From Chrysochromulina tobinii (taxonomy: Eukaryota), in NCBI GenBank assembly GCA_001275005.1, contig JWZX01003357.1:1-39596 (forward strand): a stretch of 39,596 nt of DNA, given 5' to 3'. Of the stretch, positions 16,300-25,994 are shown piece by piece (within the stretch, counting starts at the first letter, position 1; each line of letters starts with the position of its first letter). A program made the translations under genes and the position numbers. The notes under the pieces are model-generated. The model was not told the origin of the DNA. It made no database searches and was given only the letters and a program-made list of their open reading frames with translations.

Positions 16300-16390
16300 A
16301 ACAAGACACCGGGGGGAGCCGTGATATACACGGTGTGTGACTTCTGACACACGGAGACGGACACACGAGCACACGAATCACACAGACGAG
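16300..16390 (-). mobile_element. ~90-bp inverted 3'-end fragment of the same retroelement family
   Basis: Reverse complement contains tcgtctgtgtgat (also at 14974-14986), then gtgtccgtctccgtgtgt, and ends ggctccccccggtgtctt. Confidence 0.65.
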
Positions 16391-16625
16391 CCTCTTAACC
16401 ATCCCTATTTGGACCCATGAACTTGATATTTTTGAGGAAATTTTGAGGACTTTTGGGGCTGTTTCAAAAAGAAGTTTTGTGTTTTGGCACAAAGCACTTC
16501 TCGTGGGACGACCCCGCGACGACTTCGCATTCACGGGAGTCGGCCTGCAAGCCACACCTCACAGTAAGAGCGCGTTGCAGGCGGCATCGTTCGCGCCGCG
16601 TGTTGCCCGGCAATAGCACGGCCTC

Positions 16626-18139
16626 ATGCCCCCGTCAGCTCCTGAGGGTGGGAAGAAGAAGAAGGCGGCCGCAGAAGCGGACGGCGTTCAGCTCATGCCA
16701 GTTGAGAAGCTGCAGGAGATTGCGGATGCCAAGATCGCCGAGGCATCCGCCGTAGAACTGGCAGCGCAGCACATGTCCACAAGTCTGGAGCTAAAGATTG
16801 GGGTCGCAATTCAAAAGCAAAAGATGAGCGTTGCGGACCTCCTCCGCAAGTGGGACGCCAGCGGTGACGGCGAGATCCAGCCCATTGAGCTTCGGCAGGT
16901 TGTGCGCAACCACCTCAAAATCAAGGCTGACAACAAGGAGATTGACGCCCTCTTCAACAGGCTGGACAGTGACGGCGGCGGCTCGATCGATTTGAAGGAG
17001 ATGGGCGATGCAATGAGGTTTTTCCAGCAGTCGGTGGCGACGGCCGCCGCAGATGAGGCAAAGCAGATGGCAATTGCCAAGGAGTTGCGCGATCAGGCAG
17101 CCATGATCTCTGATTGCGCAAAGAACACAGCCCGCGTGGAGGAGCTTAGGGTTAAGGTGAATGGCATCAAAAGCGGCGTGTGCAGTGGGCCGCTTTTTGA
17201 TAAGATTGCTATGGCAATCGTGGGCTTAGCCACGTCGACGAACGAGAGCGACGCGAAATCAAAGGTGGCGAACTCTCTGGACCCCCAAAAGGCAGGCATC
17301 GTCGAGGCCAAGGAATTCAAGAAGTGGGCCAAGGGATTCATCAATAATCCGGATGGCGTGGCGCCCGATGAGTATGCCACGTGCTACGAGGATTTGCAGG
17401 TGGCGACCGGTACGTCTCCATTGGATGCCAAGATGGGCTTCAGGAAGCTGTGGGATCGCGTCGAAGAGACGATTAAGGAATCGGAGGCTGTAATCAAAGA
17501 GTTCGAGAAGCTTCAGAAGGAGACCAAGAAGGTGCAGAAGGCAATCAAGGAGATGCAGGCTGCGGACAAAGCCATTGCGCAGGAGAAGGAGGCGGCGGCA
17601 CTCAAGGCGGAGGAGGAGAGGCAGCTAGAGGCCGAGGCCAAGAAAGCAGCTAAGGCGGCGGCCAAGGCGGCGGCGCTTGAGGCCAAGAGGAACCATGAGC
17701 AGAGCTTCAACAATCGCGTTGAGATGAAGCGCAAGGCCGCCGCCAAACAAGGGCAATCAGCGTCGGACAAGAAGGCGGCGGAGGCACGGATGCGCAAGGC
17801 CTTTGCCGTCTTCGACGTCGACGGCGACGGCAGCCTGACGGTGGACGAGCTGAAGGCGGTGCTGCTGCGCGGCGACTCGGTGCTCACCGAACAAGACGTT
17901 GAGGATCTCGTCAAGGAGTTCGACGCCAACGGGAACGGCGTGCTCGAGTTTGACGAGGTGATGAGGGCGGTCTCGAACCCAAAGCGTGCCCATTCGCGTC
18001 GCAGTCCAGCCACTGCTGTGTCTGCACCATACCCCTGCCTGCCTCGATTGCTGACTGCTGCGTGGTCCAATCGTGGCAGTTTCAACCGCTCTTCGACGTT
18101 CTTAACGAAGTGGGCTTCGACAATCCGATGGCGTGCTGA
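16626..18139 (+). CDS. Multi-EF-hand Ca2+-binding protein with central coiled coil (exons 16626-17957 and 18080-18139)
   Basis: EF loops DASGDGEIQPIEL, DSDGGGSIDLKEM, DVDGDGSLTVDEL, DANGNGVLEFDE|F. A GT-AG intron at 17958-18079 (with ctgac branch-like site) restores the last EF helix FQPLFDVL...AC*. The track ORF reads through the intron. Confidence 0.85.
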
Positions 18140-18747
18140 GCCACACGCTAGCATGGCCACGCGGTCATATCTCAGCCGTTTGGAGCGCTGGGATCTGGCT
18201 GGGATACGTGAGTGGGGTCGCCGACTGGAATATTGTCGCTGACATGCTCTTCTGGACGCCATCGCTGGTATCAATTAACGTGGTCGTGGCGTGTGTGTGT
18301 CTGTTAAAACGGCGCCTCGTCGTGACGTGTGTGTGTGTCGAAGGCGCCGTGTTAAAAGATGAAACGTTGTACGTTGGGTTGGGGTCGACCGACTCCTCAA
18401 GAGAGAGATTTGTAACTGACCAAGGTCCAAGCTCTAGTAGCTACCCACATAGCTCACATACTTTCGTACTTACGTGTTACGAATCCGGGATGTTGAACAG
18501 TTCTGTGAACAGTCAACGGATCAATACAGCGAACAGCCTAAGCGGCGCCGCTCCGCTTTCATGTAAGCCCAAGGGCCCGGCCCAAGGCCAACGGCCGGCG
18601 CGCCCGCTCGCGGGGACGTGTGTGAATAATCGCATTTAAAGAAACCGCTGAGGAGTTGCGATTTTTGCATTTGGCCCAGAGGCGCAAGAGGCCTGGGGTT
18701 CAGACCCGGGCAAAAACGAGGTGTGAATGATCATGCCATTCCGTCGT

Positions 18748-18777
18748 AATGCCGCTTGACCCCAACGGTTAAGCGGC
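18748..18777 (+). repeat. Dispersed hairpin motif, copy 3 (complete stem-loop gccgcttgac-cccaacg-gttaagcggc)
   Basis: 10-bp stem with one G-T pair and a 7-nt loop; core shared with 11064 and 14073. Confidence 0.8.
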
Positions 18778-18998
18778 CGTGAACCAACGTGTGAAGAGAG
18801 ACAGACAGTCGCCCGGCCAGGGGGAAGGGGTATGCGGGGAGAGGTCTCCCTGCCGTTTGGGGTATTGGGCATACCATGGGGATACATACCTGGGGGAGAT
18901 TCGCAGCGCAATGACGCGCATGATGTCGGTCTCTCTTTCGAGAGTTAAGTGTTCCCGCCCACCCACCGCGATGTAAGCCTGGTCTAGCTTAATTAGCA

Positions 18999-19106
18999 GG
19001 GACCGGGGTTTCGCGCTCACCAGGCTGCTTGTGTAGCTTTGATGATCTGCAATTAACAGTTTCAACGCGCGACCAGGTTTACTGCGGGGTATTTGTTGAA
19101 GTGTGA
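18999..19106 (+). repeat. Dispersed ~85-110 bp element, copy A, just upstream of the DNA methyltransferase ATG
   Basis: 18999-19083 is a close reverse-complement match to 39510-39596; weaker similarity continues to tgtgaa at about 19106. Confidence 0.85.
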
Positions 19107-19118
19107 ACACCAGCCACA

Positions 19119-21041
19119 ATGAAAATGCCTTTGGCCCCGACCGAGACGGACGACGCTGCGAACGACGCTGCGGCCTTGCCGGATGACGCGGCCATCGGCG
19201 CTTCAGCCACAGCAGCCCACGCGGCTGACTGCACTCTGCTTAGCGCTCTATGGCACCCGTCAGCGGGGGTGCCAGTCGGCTGCCTCCTTGTGCCGAGTGC
19301 CCACATGAAGCTAGTGAAAGCGACACTCCATGCTGCAGGAAAGGAGGGCACGCAGTGGCTGCGAAGGGACGGGGTCCAGCGCGCACGCGTTGGCGCTGAT
19401 GGAGCGCCCTCCAGCGGTGCTGACGGTGTCCCCCCTGCAGGCGCCGGCGTGGTCTTTGAGGTGCATTTGAGCCTCGCGGGGGCGGCACGGCTCGAGGCCC
19501 ACCGCAACGTGCCGTGCGCGTTGTCCGAGCTGCTCTTGAGTGGTCAGATCCGATGGATGCCCGGGGTGCGGCTGCGAAGATCGCGGGCCGAACCGCGCTT
19601 GACTGCCACGGCCGCCGCCATGATCCAAACCGCAATCGCCGCCGCCGTCATGCCAGCTGCCGCTGCCGCCGGCGTCCATAGCACGACCACCGCCCTTGAC
19701 CCAAAGCCCGCCGCTGATGCCTCCGAGACCGGCCGTCGTCCCTGCAGCTTTCGATTCGCAGAGCTCTTCGCTGGTATCGGCGGCTTCCGCGTGGCTCTGG
19801 AGGCGCTGGGCGGTGCGTGTGTCTTTGCGTCCGAGATGGATCCCCACGCGGCCGCCACGTACGCGCTCAACTTTGGCGCGCTGCCCGAGGCGGGCGACAT
19901 CACCGAGGTGGAAGCGGCCGATTTGCCTCCCCACGACCTTCTCGTGGGAGGCTTCCCTTGCCAGTGCTTCTCGCTTGCGGGCGAGCAGCTTGGTCTGCGC
20001 GACGACGCTCGTGGTCAGCTGTACCTCGAGTGCTGCCGAATACTGTGTACAGGGCGCCCGGCCGCCTTTTTGTTGGAGAACGTGGTGGGGCTCTTCACCC
20101 TCGATGGCGGTGTATTCCACAGGGAGTACGAGCAGCGCCGTCCTGGGCGCGTGCACGAGCGTATCGTGGCCGACCTTTCCTCGTGTGGCTACGTCGTCCA
20201 GAGCGCCGTCCTGGGCGCACATGCCTTCGGCGTGCCCCAGTTCCGCGACCGACTCTTCCTCGTCGGCTTCCGATCCGCCGACGCCGCAAGCCGCTTTGAG
20301 TGGCCGCACAACCATGCGCACCCTGCCGACTGCTGCGTCGACAGCTGCCGTCCGCTACGCTTGATCCTCGAGCCCGACGACAGTGTGGCAGTGCGTGCTG
20401 CCTCGCTTACCACGGCGCAGTATGCCAAGGTGCGGCGCGGCATGGTGGACGGCAGCCGCGTGGCGAGGCTCGACAGGCCTTCACTCTGCCTCATGTCCTC
20501 TTATCGCTCCGGCTGGACACGTCAGGCATGCAAGCTGTTACGCACTTGTCAAGGAAAGACGGTGCTTCATGACGACAGAGGCATGCACAGAGGCGCCGTG
20601 GTGGGCATGTACGGAGGCGCCGCGCCGGCCGATGCCACTGATGGTGCCGAGAGCAACGGCGACGAGGGCGTCAGCGGCGAGGGCGGTGGCGGCGAGGACG
20701 GCGGCGGCGAGGAATGCGACGACGCGACGAATGGCAAGGTGGCGGGCGGTGCTGGGGGTCATAATGAGGGAGCGGAGCCTGCAGTAGAGGGCGCACGCGG
20801 CGAGGGCGCACGCTTCTACACGGCACGGGAGGCGACGCGCTTGATGGGCTTCCCGGAGAGTTTCCGCATCCCTGGCCACCCGACGCCCGAGCACGGCGGG
20901 CCCGCGTACGAGGCGCATGAGCGTTACTTCCGCCAGATTGGCAATGCCGTGTGCCCGCCCGTCGTCGAGGCGGTGGCGCGCCAGATGCTGCGCGCCCTCA
21001 ATGTACCATTCCAGGTCCACGAGGAAGAGGAGACGCTATGA
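19119..21041 (+). CDS. C5-cytosine DNA methyltransferase, bacterial-like catalytic domain with N-terminal extension
   Basis: Motifs in canonical order: I ELFAGIGGF, IV LVGGFPCQCFS, VI FLLENVVG, VIII PQFRDRLFLVG, IX REATRLMGFPESF, X RQIGNAVCPPVV. Confidence 0.92.
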   Translation: MKMPLAPTETDDAANDAAALPDDAAIGASATAAHAADCTLLSALWHPSAGVPVGCLLVPSAHMKLVKATLHAAGKEGTQWLRRDGVQRARVGADGAPSSGADGVPPAGAGVVFEVHLSLAGAARLEAHRNVPCALSELLLSGQIRWMPGVRLRRSRAEPRLTATAAAMIQTAIAAAVMPAAAAAGVHSTTTALDPKPAADASETGRRPCSFRFAELFAGIGGFRVALEALGGACVFASEMDPHAAATYALNFGALPEAGDITEVEAADLPPHDLLVGGFPCQCFSLAGEQLGLRDDARGQLYLECCRILCTGRPAAFLLENVVGLFTLDGGVFHREYEQRRPGRVHERIVADLSSCGYVVQSAVLGAHAFGVPQFRDRLFLVGFRSADAASRFEWPHNHAHPADCCVDSCRPLRLILEPDDSVAVRAASLTTAQYAKVRRGMVDGSRVARLDRPSLCLMSSYRSGWTRQACKLLRTCQGKTVLHDDRGMHRGAVVGMYGGAAPADATDGAESNGDEGVSGEGGGGEDGGGEECDDATNGKVAGGAGGHNEGAEPAVEGARGEGARFYTAREATRLMGFPESFRIPGHPTPEHGGPAYEAHERYFRQIGNAVCPPVVEAVARQMLRALNVPFQVHEEEETL

Positions 21042-21177
21042 AGGGTCTCAGGAGTCCGTACTCAAGAAGTTCATGAAAGTTTGTGCAGGTGCTTGCGTTT
21101 CCGTGTTTAGTCCATCTTGAAAAAGAGCCGACTGACTGTGAGAGAGGGGTACAGAAAGCTTTGAAGGACAGGGAAAC

Positions 21178-22839
21178 ATGCGGGCCTTCGCGATCGCCAC
21201 GCGGGCCTGGTGCCTTCATGAGGCTTTGAAACTTTGGTACATACCCGCCTCGCCACTATGGAAGACTCTTTCCTGGCTCATCGTCCTTGCGAGCTCAGCA
21301 CGGCCTGCCCCTAAGACGTTTGCTCTCGCACTGGTTGTGCGGCTTGCAGATACGCTGTCTATCATGCCCGTCATGTGGGACAGCTATTACTGGTGCCTCC
21401 AAGTTGATGGTGGGCTGCTCTTGTGCGTAGGCTACCTCGCATTGGTGCGCGGTCTTTCGGCCGACTCGCACGCCGACTCGCTTGCAGCCTGGTGGGCCAC
21501 CACCGCACGACAGCAGCTCGCCATCTTCTACCTCGCGGCAGGCGTGTGGAAGGTCAATACTTCGTTTCTCGACGCCCGCACTTCATGCGCGCCCATTTTT
21601 GTGCTCACGCTGCTCCAAACTCTTGGTTACACGCCGCCGCCGCTTCGCGCCTCGCAGCTTGCGCTGCTCGCGCCAGGCGTGACGATTCTGGGAGAGTTGA
21701 CCATTGGCATTCTCCTACTGCTCCCGTCACGTGCTGCCGTGCGCATCGGCGTGCTATCCGCGCTCTTGCTTCACCTGGGCATCGCTCTCACGCCGCCGCC
21801 CAACAACGCGACGCCCTTCTCCCTGACGTGCGTCGTTCGTCTGCTTATCACGGAGTCCGCCGCCGTCGCGCGTGCATGGAATGAGATGGGTGCGAGTGGC
21901 AGCGGCATTGGCCAGTACCTCGCCACTCCCGCCATCGGCATGCTCCTCGCGAGCCTGTGCATGGGCATCTGCTACCGGCGAGCGCTTGCCTTCCCGCCAA
22001 CGGCCCTCGGAGCGGAGCTCGACTGGTGGGTAGGTACGTACACTTGCCTCGCGGTCCTGATAGCCCGGGCGATGTACAGCGACGTCGCGAACAAGCCGAC
22101 TCCGACTACGAAGTCACTGGCGCGCGGGCTGCGCCCAGCACTCGTGCTACTCGCTCTCGCTTACGCCTTTGGTGGTCCGCTCCTCGGGATTCACGACCTC
22201 GGTGCATGCAACATGTATTCCAACCTCAGAATGTACGCGGGCACCAACCACCTTTTCCTGCCGACGGGGCTGATCGGCCATGTGTGGCCGGAGGCGACGC
22301 AGCTCGTGCGCGTCGAGCAGTCATCGTCGGCATACATCAACTCGATCTACCCCGGGGAGGTCACCTCGCAGATCGCTCCGGGGGAACTCTCGTTGCTCGC
22401 CGATGCTGGCCACTCGGCACATATGTTTAATGCGATGAAGGCGCGAATCCTCGGGCCAGCATTCGCCCCTGCCCATGCCGCATTCCATCGGTACACCGTG
22501 ACCGCGCTTGAGATGAAACGTCTGCTCGCTGAGGCGCGCGCCACTGGCGAGAAGTTCGAGATCACATATACGCTCCTCGACGCCACTGGCGGCGACGAGC
22601 GTTGGCGGCGCGATTCGCTCGGTCGCACCGTGACGCTCAAAGAGGATGGCAAGGGTAAGCGCTCATGCACGGTGGGCTGTGGGCCGCTCGAGCTCATACC
22701 GTGCCCGTGTGCGGCGGATGAACTGCCGCTGCAGCCTCCCCCGTCGTACTGGGCATCCAAGACGCTCATCCAGCAGCCGTACCCGATCGTTGACGACGCG
22801 CACAAGTGGGAGGGCGAACTTGTGTGCTTCGGCCCGTAA
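21178..22839 (+). CDS. Polytopic membrane protein, HTTM-like
   Basis: Multiple hydrophobic helices; AIFYLAAGVWKVN resembles the HTTM YxxAGxxK motif; MYSNLR motif; soluble C-terminal part. Family call is tentative. Confidence 0.6.
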   Translation: MRAFAIATRAWCLHEALKLWYIPASPLWKTLSWLIVLASSARPAPKTFALALVVRLADTLSIMPVMWDSYYWCLQVDGGLLLCVGYLALVRGLSADSHADSLAAWWATTARQQLAIFYLAAGVWKVNTSFLDARTSCAPIFVLTLLQTLGYTPPPLRASQLALLAPGVTILGELTIGILLLLPSRAAVRIGVLSALLLHLGIALTPPPNNATPFSLTCVVRLLITESAAVARAWNEMGASGSGIGQYLATPAIGMLLASLCMGICYRRALAFPPTALGAELDWWVGTYTCLAVLIARAMYSDVANKPTPTTKSLARGLRPALVLLALAYAFGGPLLGIHDLGACNMYSNLRMYAGTNHLFLPTGLIGHVWPEATQLVRVEQSSSAYINSIYPGEVTSQIAPGELSLLADAGHSAHMFNAMKARILGPAFAPAHAAFHRYTVTALEMKRLLAEARATGEKFEITYTLLDATGGDERWRRDSLGRTVTLKEDGKGKRSCTVGCGPLELIPCPCAADELPLQPPPSYWASKTLIQQPYPIVDDAHKWEGELVCFGP

Positions 22840-23414
22840 GTTATGAGTGCTCACCCTCAGGCCTCGCTATGGTCGAGGGGAGGCGTCCGAAGGTTGTGCC
22901 TGATTCCTGAGTTAAGCCCGCGCGCTCCACGAGACGCCGGCTCGACCGCTGTCGTGGCCGCCCGGGAACGCTGCGCGTCACGCTCTTGGCGTGCACTGCG
23001 TAGGGTGGCCCTCGCCGTCGTACTACGGTCTCATGTCCAGTGTGCCCCCTTAGGACTCCGACTCGGAGATCTACTCTCTCGCTACTCTCTCGCTTCTCAC
23101 ACGCGCAGGCGCCCGCCGATCGGCAATCGAATCCTGGAGTCTGGAGAAGGGCTGCGGGTTCGGGGCGTGTGAGCTGCCTCGTCACTCGGCCGGTTTCGGG
23201 ATTCAAGGCGGTGAGTGGATTGTGTGCGAATGATCAGCGATTTATGCCTCCGAGGTGCCCTAGGAGGCCCACAGACGACGGTGGTGTTGATGAGCCTCTA
23301 AAAAAGTGAACGTCCCGGACACTGCACTGACTTCGAGCACCCCGCGCATTGCGTTGCATCCAATCCGCGTGCCCGGGCGTCGTCCGCCGTGCATGTCGCC
23401 GTGGGGCGCGTATG

Positions 23415-24423
23415 CTATCCGAGGAGCACGAAGCTGCTCGCGGCCTCACGCAGCTCTGAGGCGCGCTCCTCCCAGACGGCGGCGGGTACACGCGAGGCGA
23501 ACGTATACAGCGAGCCGCGCGCCGCGCCCACCACGCAGATCGTGTAGCTCGGTGGCTGCGCCTCGCTCGTGTACTCGACTCGGTACTCGAACTGATAGAG
23601 CGGCAGTCCCGAGCGCGCGGAGGGGCGCTCGGCAGCGGCGAGGAGCGTCGTCTGGCGCACGACGGTCTGCTTGCTGATCGTCGCCTCTAGAAGCCGCTGC
23701 GCGCCCTCCCTCGGATCGCCTAGTGCGCCACGCAGAGTGAAGCCCGGCGCGAGCCGCCCCCACGACCACAGAGAGGTTCTCATCGCCCGTGCCGCCCTGC
23801 GGCCCGACGGCGACCGCCACACCCTGCTGCGAACGGCGCGATGGCGTGCGCGACTGCGCGGTGGCCGCGAGCGTCGGGTCCATCATGCGGCGCGACGTTG
23901 CTGCGTCCAGGTTCCGCATGTAGATCGCTTGGTCCTGCACGTACGTTGCCGGGTACCGAAACTCGAATCGCTTGGTCTCGTCCACGTAGCGCTTGAAAGC
24001 GCCCGGTGTGCTGTAGTCGAGGTAGCCCTGGGCGTACGGGTAGAAGCGCCGCTCCGAGATCGGGTAGAAGGTGTCCAGCTGAGCTTCGCGAGCCACATCC
24101 GGTGCCAGCGAGAGCAAGAAACTGCCAATGCCCCACAAATTGGTCGCCGGCGCGATCAGGCCCCAGATGCCTAGGCTCGTGAGGATGCCCCGACGCGGCG
24201 AGGGTCCAAGGAGCCAAAATGAGAGCGGGAGCGGTTCGTCATCTGCAAAGCGGCCCGCCCCAGACCAATTGTCGCTGAACGTCTTCTTGGCAGCAGGAGC
24301 GGCAGATTGCGGCGGCGGCACGTGCGGCTCCGGTGTCGTGCACATGCGCGTGTATGCTCGCGCTCGTGCCACAGGAGGGCTTGTGGCTGGCAAAAGCGCC
24401 GCGAGGGCGAAGGAAGCGAGCAT
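23415..24423 (-). CDS. PsbP-domain protein (PPD7-like), plastid-targeted; one apparent frameshift at ~23757-23761
   Basis: Signal-like MLASFALAALL from ATG 24423; NLWGIGSFLL..LDTFYPI, FEFRYPATYVQDQ, VAVGPQGGTGDENLSVVV. The PsbP C-terminus (LYQFEYRVEY...GSLYTFASRVPAAVWEERASELREAASSFVLL*) lies in another frame, joined by removing one G from a G5 run. Confidence 0.78.
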
Positions 24424-24546
24424 ATGACTGGCTTGGGGCGTCGAATTGAGCGGACTCCTCAGACGCTCAACACGTTCGAGCGCGCTCTCGGGTTTCTGTC
24501 GCGCCAATTGCCTTTTGGATCTCGTCGCCAGATCGCGTTCTGCAGA
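24424..24546. promoter_or_regulatory. Putative compact bidirectional promoter (123 bp between divergent ATGs)
   Basis: Lies between ATG 24423 (minus) and ATG 24547 (plus); positional inference only. Confidence 0.45.
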
Positions 24547-25335
24547 ATGCGTCGTGCCATTCTTTTTAGCGTCGGCGCTGCGTCGGCGCTGCGGCTCCCC
24601 GCAGCCGCCGCCCCGCTGTTGCCGCAGCAGCTGCCATTGCGTGCAACGGTGCGCCTGTGCGCCGATGCTGCTGGGAAACAGCTCACTGTCACGGTGAAGC
24701 GCTCCTCGGATGGCGCCACCGCTTACGCCGCTGCAGCGCCGTCAGTGCAGATGAAAGCAGAAGAAGCAGCTCCAGCGGCTGGCGACGCCCCAGTTGCCAC
24801 GACCGCGCCTCCTGCCGCCGAGTCGGACGGGGAGAGCGCGTTCTCGTTGCTCGACGTGCGCGTAGGCAAGATTGTGGAGGCGTGGGCGCATCCTGACTCG
24901 GAGAAGTTGTGGTGCGAGAAAATCGACGTGGGCGAGGCTGAGCCGCGCCAGATCGCTTCGGGCCTGCGTGCCTACTACCCGAACGCCGAAATGCTCGTCG
25001 GCCGCAAGGTGCTCGTCGTCTGCAACCTCAAGGAGGCGAAGCTCGCGGGCTTCGCGTCCAACGGCATGGTGCTGTGTGCCGCGAGCCCGGACCGCTCGAC
25101 GGTGGCCTTCGTGGAGCCGCCCGAGAGCGCCGCGCCAGGCGAGCGCGTGCTCGAGCAGGGTGCTGCGCTCGTCGAGCCCGCCAGCCCCAATGCGGTCAAG
25201 AAGAAGAAGCTGATGGAGAAGGCGGCTGAGGGGCTGCGCGCCGTCGACACGGTTGCCACCCACGCGGGCAAGACGCTCGTCGTGGCCGGCGGCCCGTGCA
25301 AGAGCCCCACCGTCACGAGCGGCACCATCAATTGA
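24547..25335 (+). CDS. tRNA-binding OB-fold protein (EMAP II/Arc1p/MetRS C-terminal-like) with N-terminal targeting presequence
   Basis: LDVRVGKIVEAWAHPDSEKLWCEKIDVGEAEPRQIASGL, VVCNLKEAKLAGFASNGMVLCA; signal-like MRRAILFSVGAASA-LR. Confidence 0.88.
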   Translation: MRRAILFSVGAASALRLPAAAAPLLPQQLPLRATVRLCADAAGKQLTVTVKRSSDGATAYAAAAPSVQMKAEEAAPAAGDAPVATTAPPAAESDGESAFSLLDVRVGKIVEAWAHPDSEKLWCEKIDVGEAEPRQIASGLRAYYPNAEMLVGRKVLVVCNLKEAKLAGFASNGMVLCAASPDRSTVAFVEPPESAAPGERVLEQGAALVEPASPNAVKKKKLMEKAAEGLRAVDTVATHAGKTLVVAGGPCKSPTVTSGTIN

Positions 25336-25994
25336 GCACGGGAGCAGAGAGGAGTCAGAAGGTGGCGGGTGCTTCTCGAGCCGCCGCCACAAGAAAAGAA
25401 GAGAGACAGAGATGATGGACCCCCCGGCCCCCGCGACTGTCGTTCTCTCCTGTAGCGCCAGGGAACGCATGGGGTTGTCTCTTGAATTTGCTGACCTAGT
25501 TTCCTGTGGAAAGCCCAGCGAGGCTCCGCAGAGCCCACCAGCTGGCTGCAGCGGATGCTCCAGTGGGCGCCGCGCAAGCCCTGGCATTAGCCCAATGCAT
25601 TATGCCTGGCATAAGCCTGGCAATAACGTAAGCCTGGCCAGCTGGCACGTTCGCTCTTAGTTCGCTCGCATTGCCGCATGCGCCACCCACTTCGTCCTCG
25701 TCGTATGATAGCGACGATCTTTGCCAGTTGAGGACGACGGGGGAGCCCTGGATGCATGGCGCTCGAAGCGGGTCCGGCGCGCCAACGACCCAACGTCGGA
25801 ACGTGGGAGGCGACGCACGCAGCCCACCTGCGCCGCCGCTGCCTCAAAAGCGCGGCGTAATTCAATAGACATGAATCTTGGCACAGAGGCACACTGCCGA
25901 TTGAAAACCATGGCTGTGAATGTGAAAGGGTCGCTTTGAAGGAGCTCGAGCTCTCGTCCTGGCTTGCTTTCGGGCTACCTGCTTTTTCATGCGA

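Noticed and set aside
17958..18242. C-terminal extension of the EF-hand ORF as given in the track
   Set aside because: It is intron read-through; splicing 17958-18079 gives a better EF-hand ending at 18139.
14121..21041. Restriction-modification pair (PD-ExK ORF plus C5 methyltransferase)
   Set aside because: The nuclease-like frame is a truncated retroelement tail 4 kb away, separated by two eukaryotic genes.
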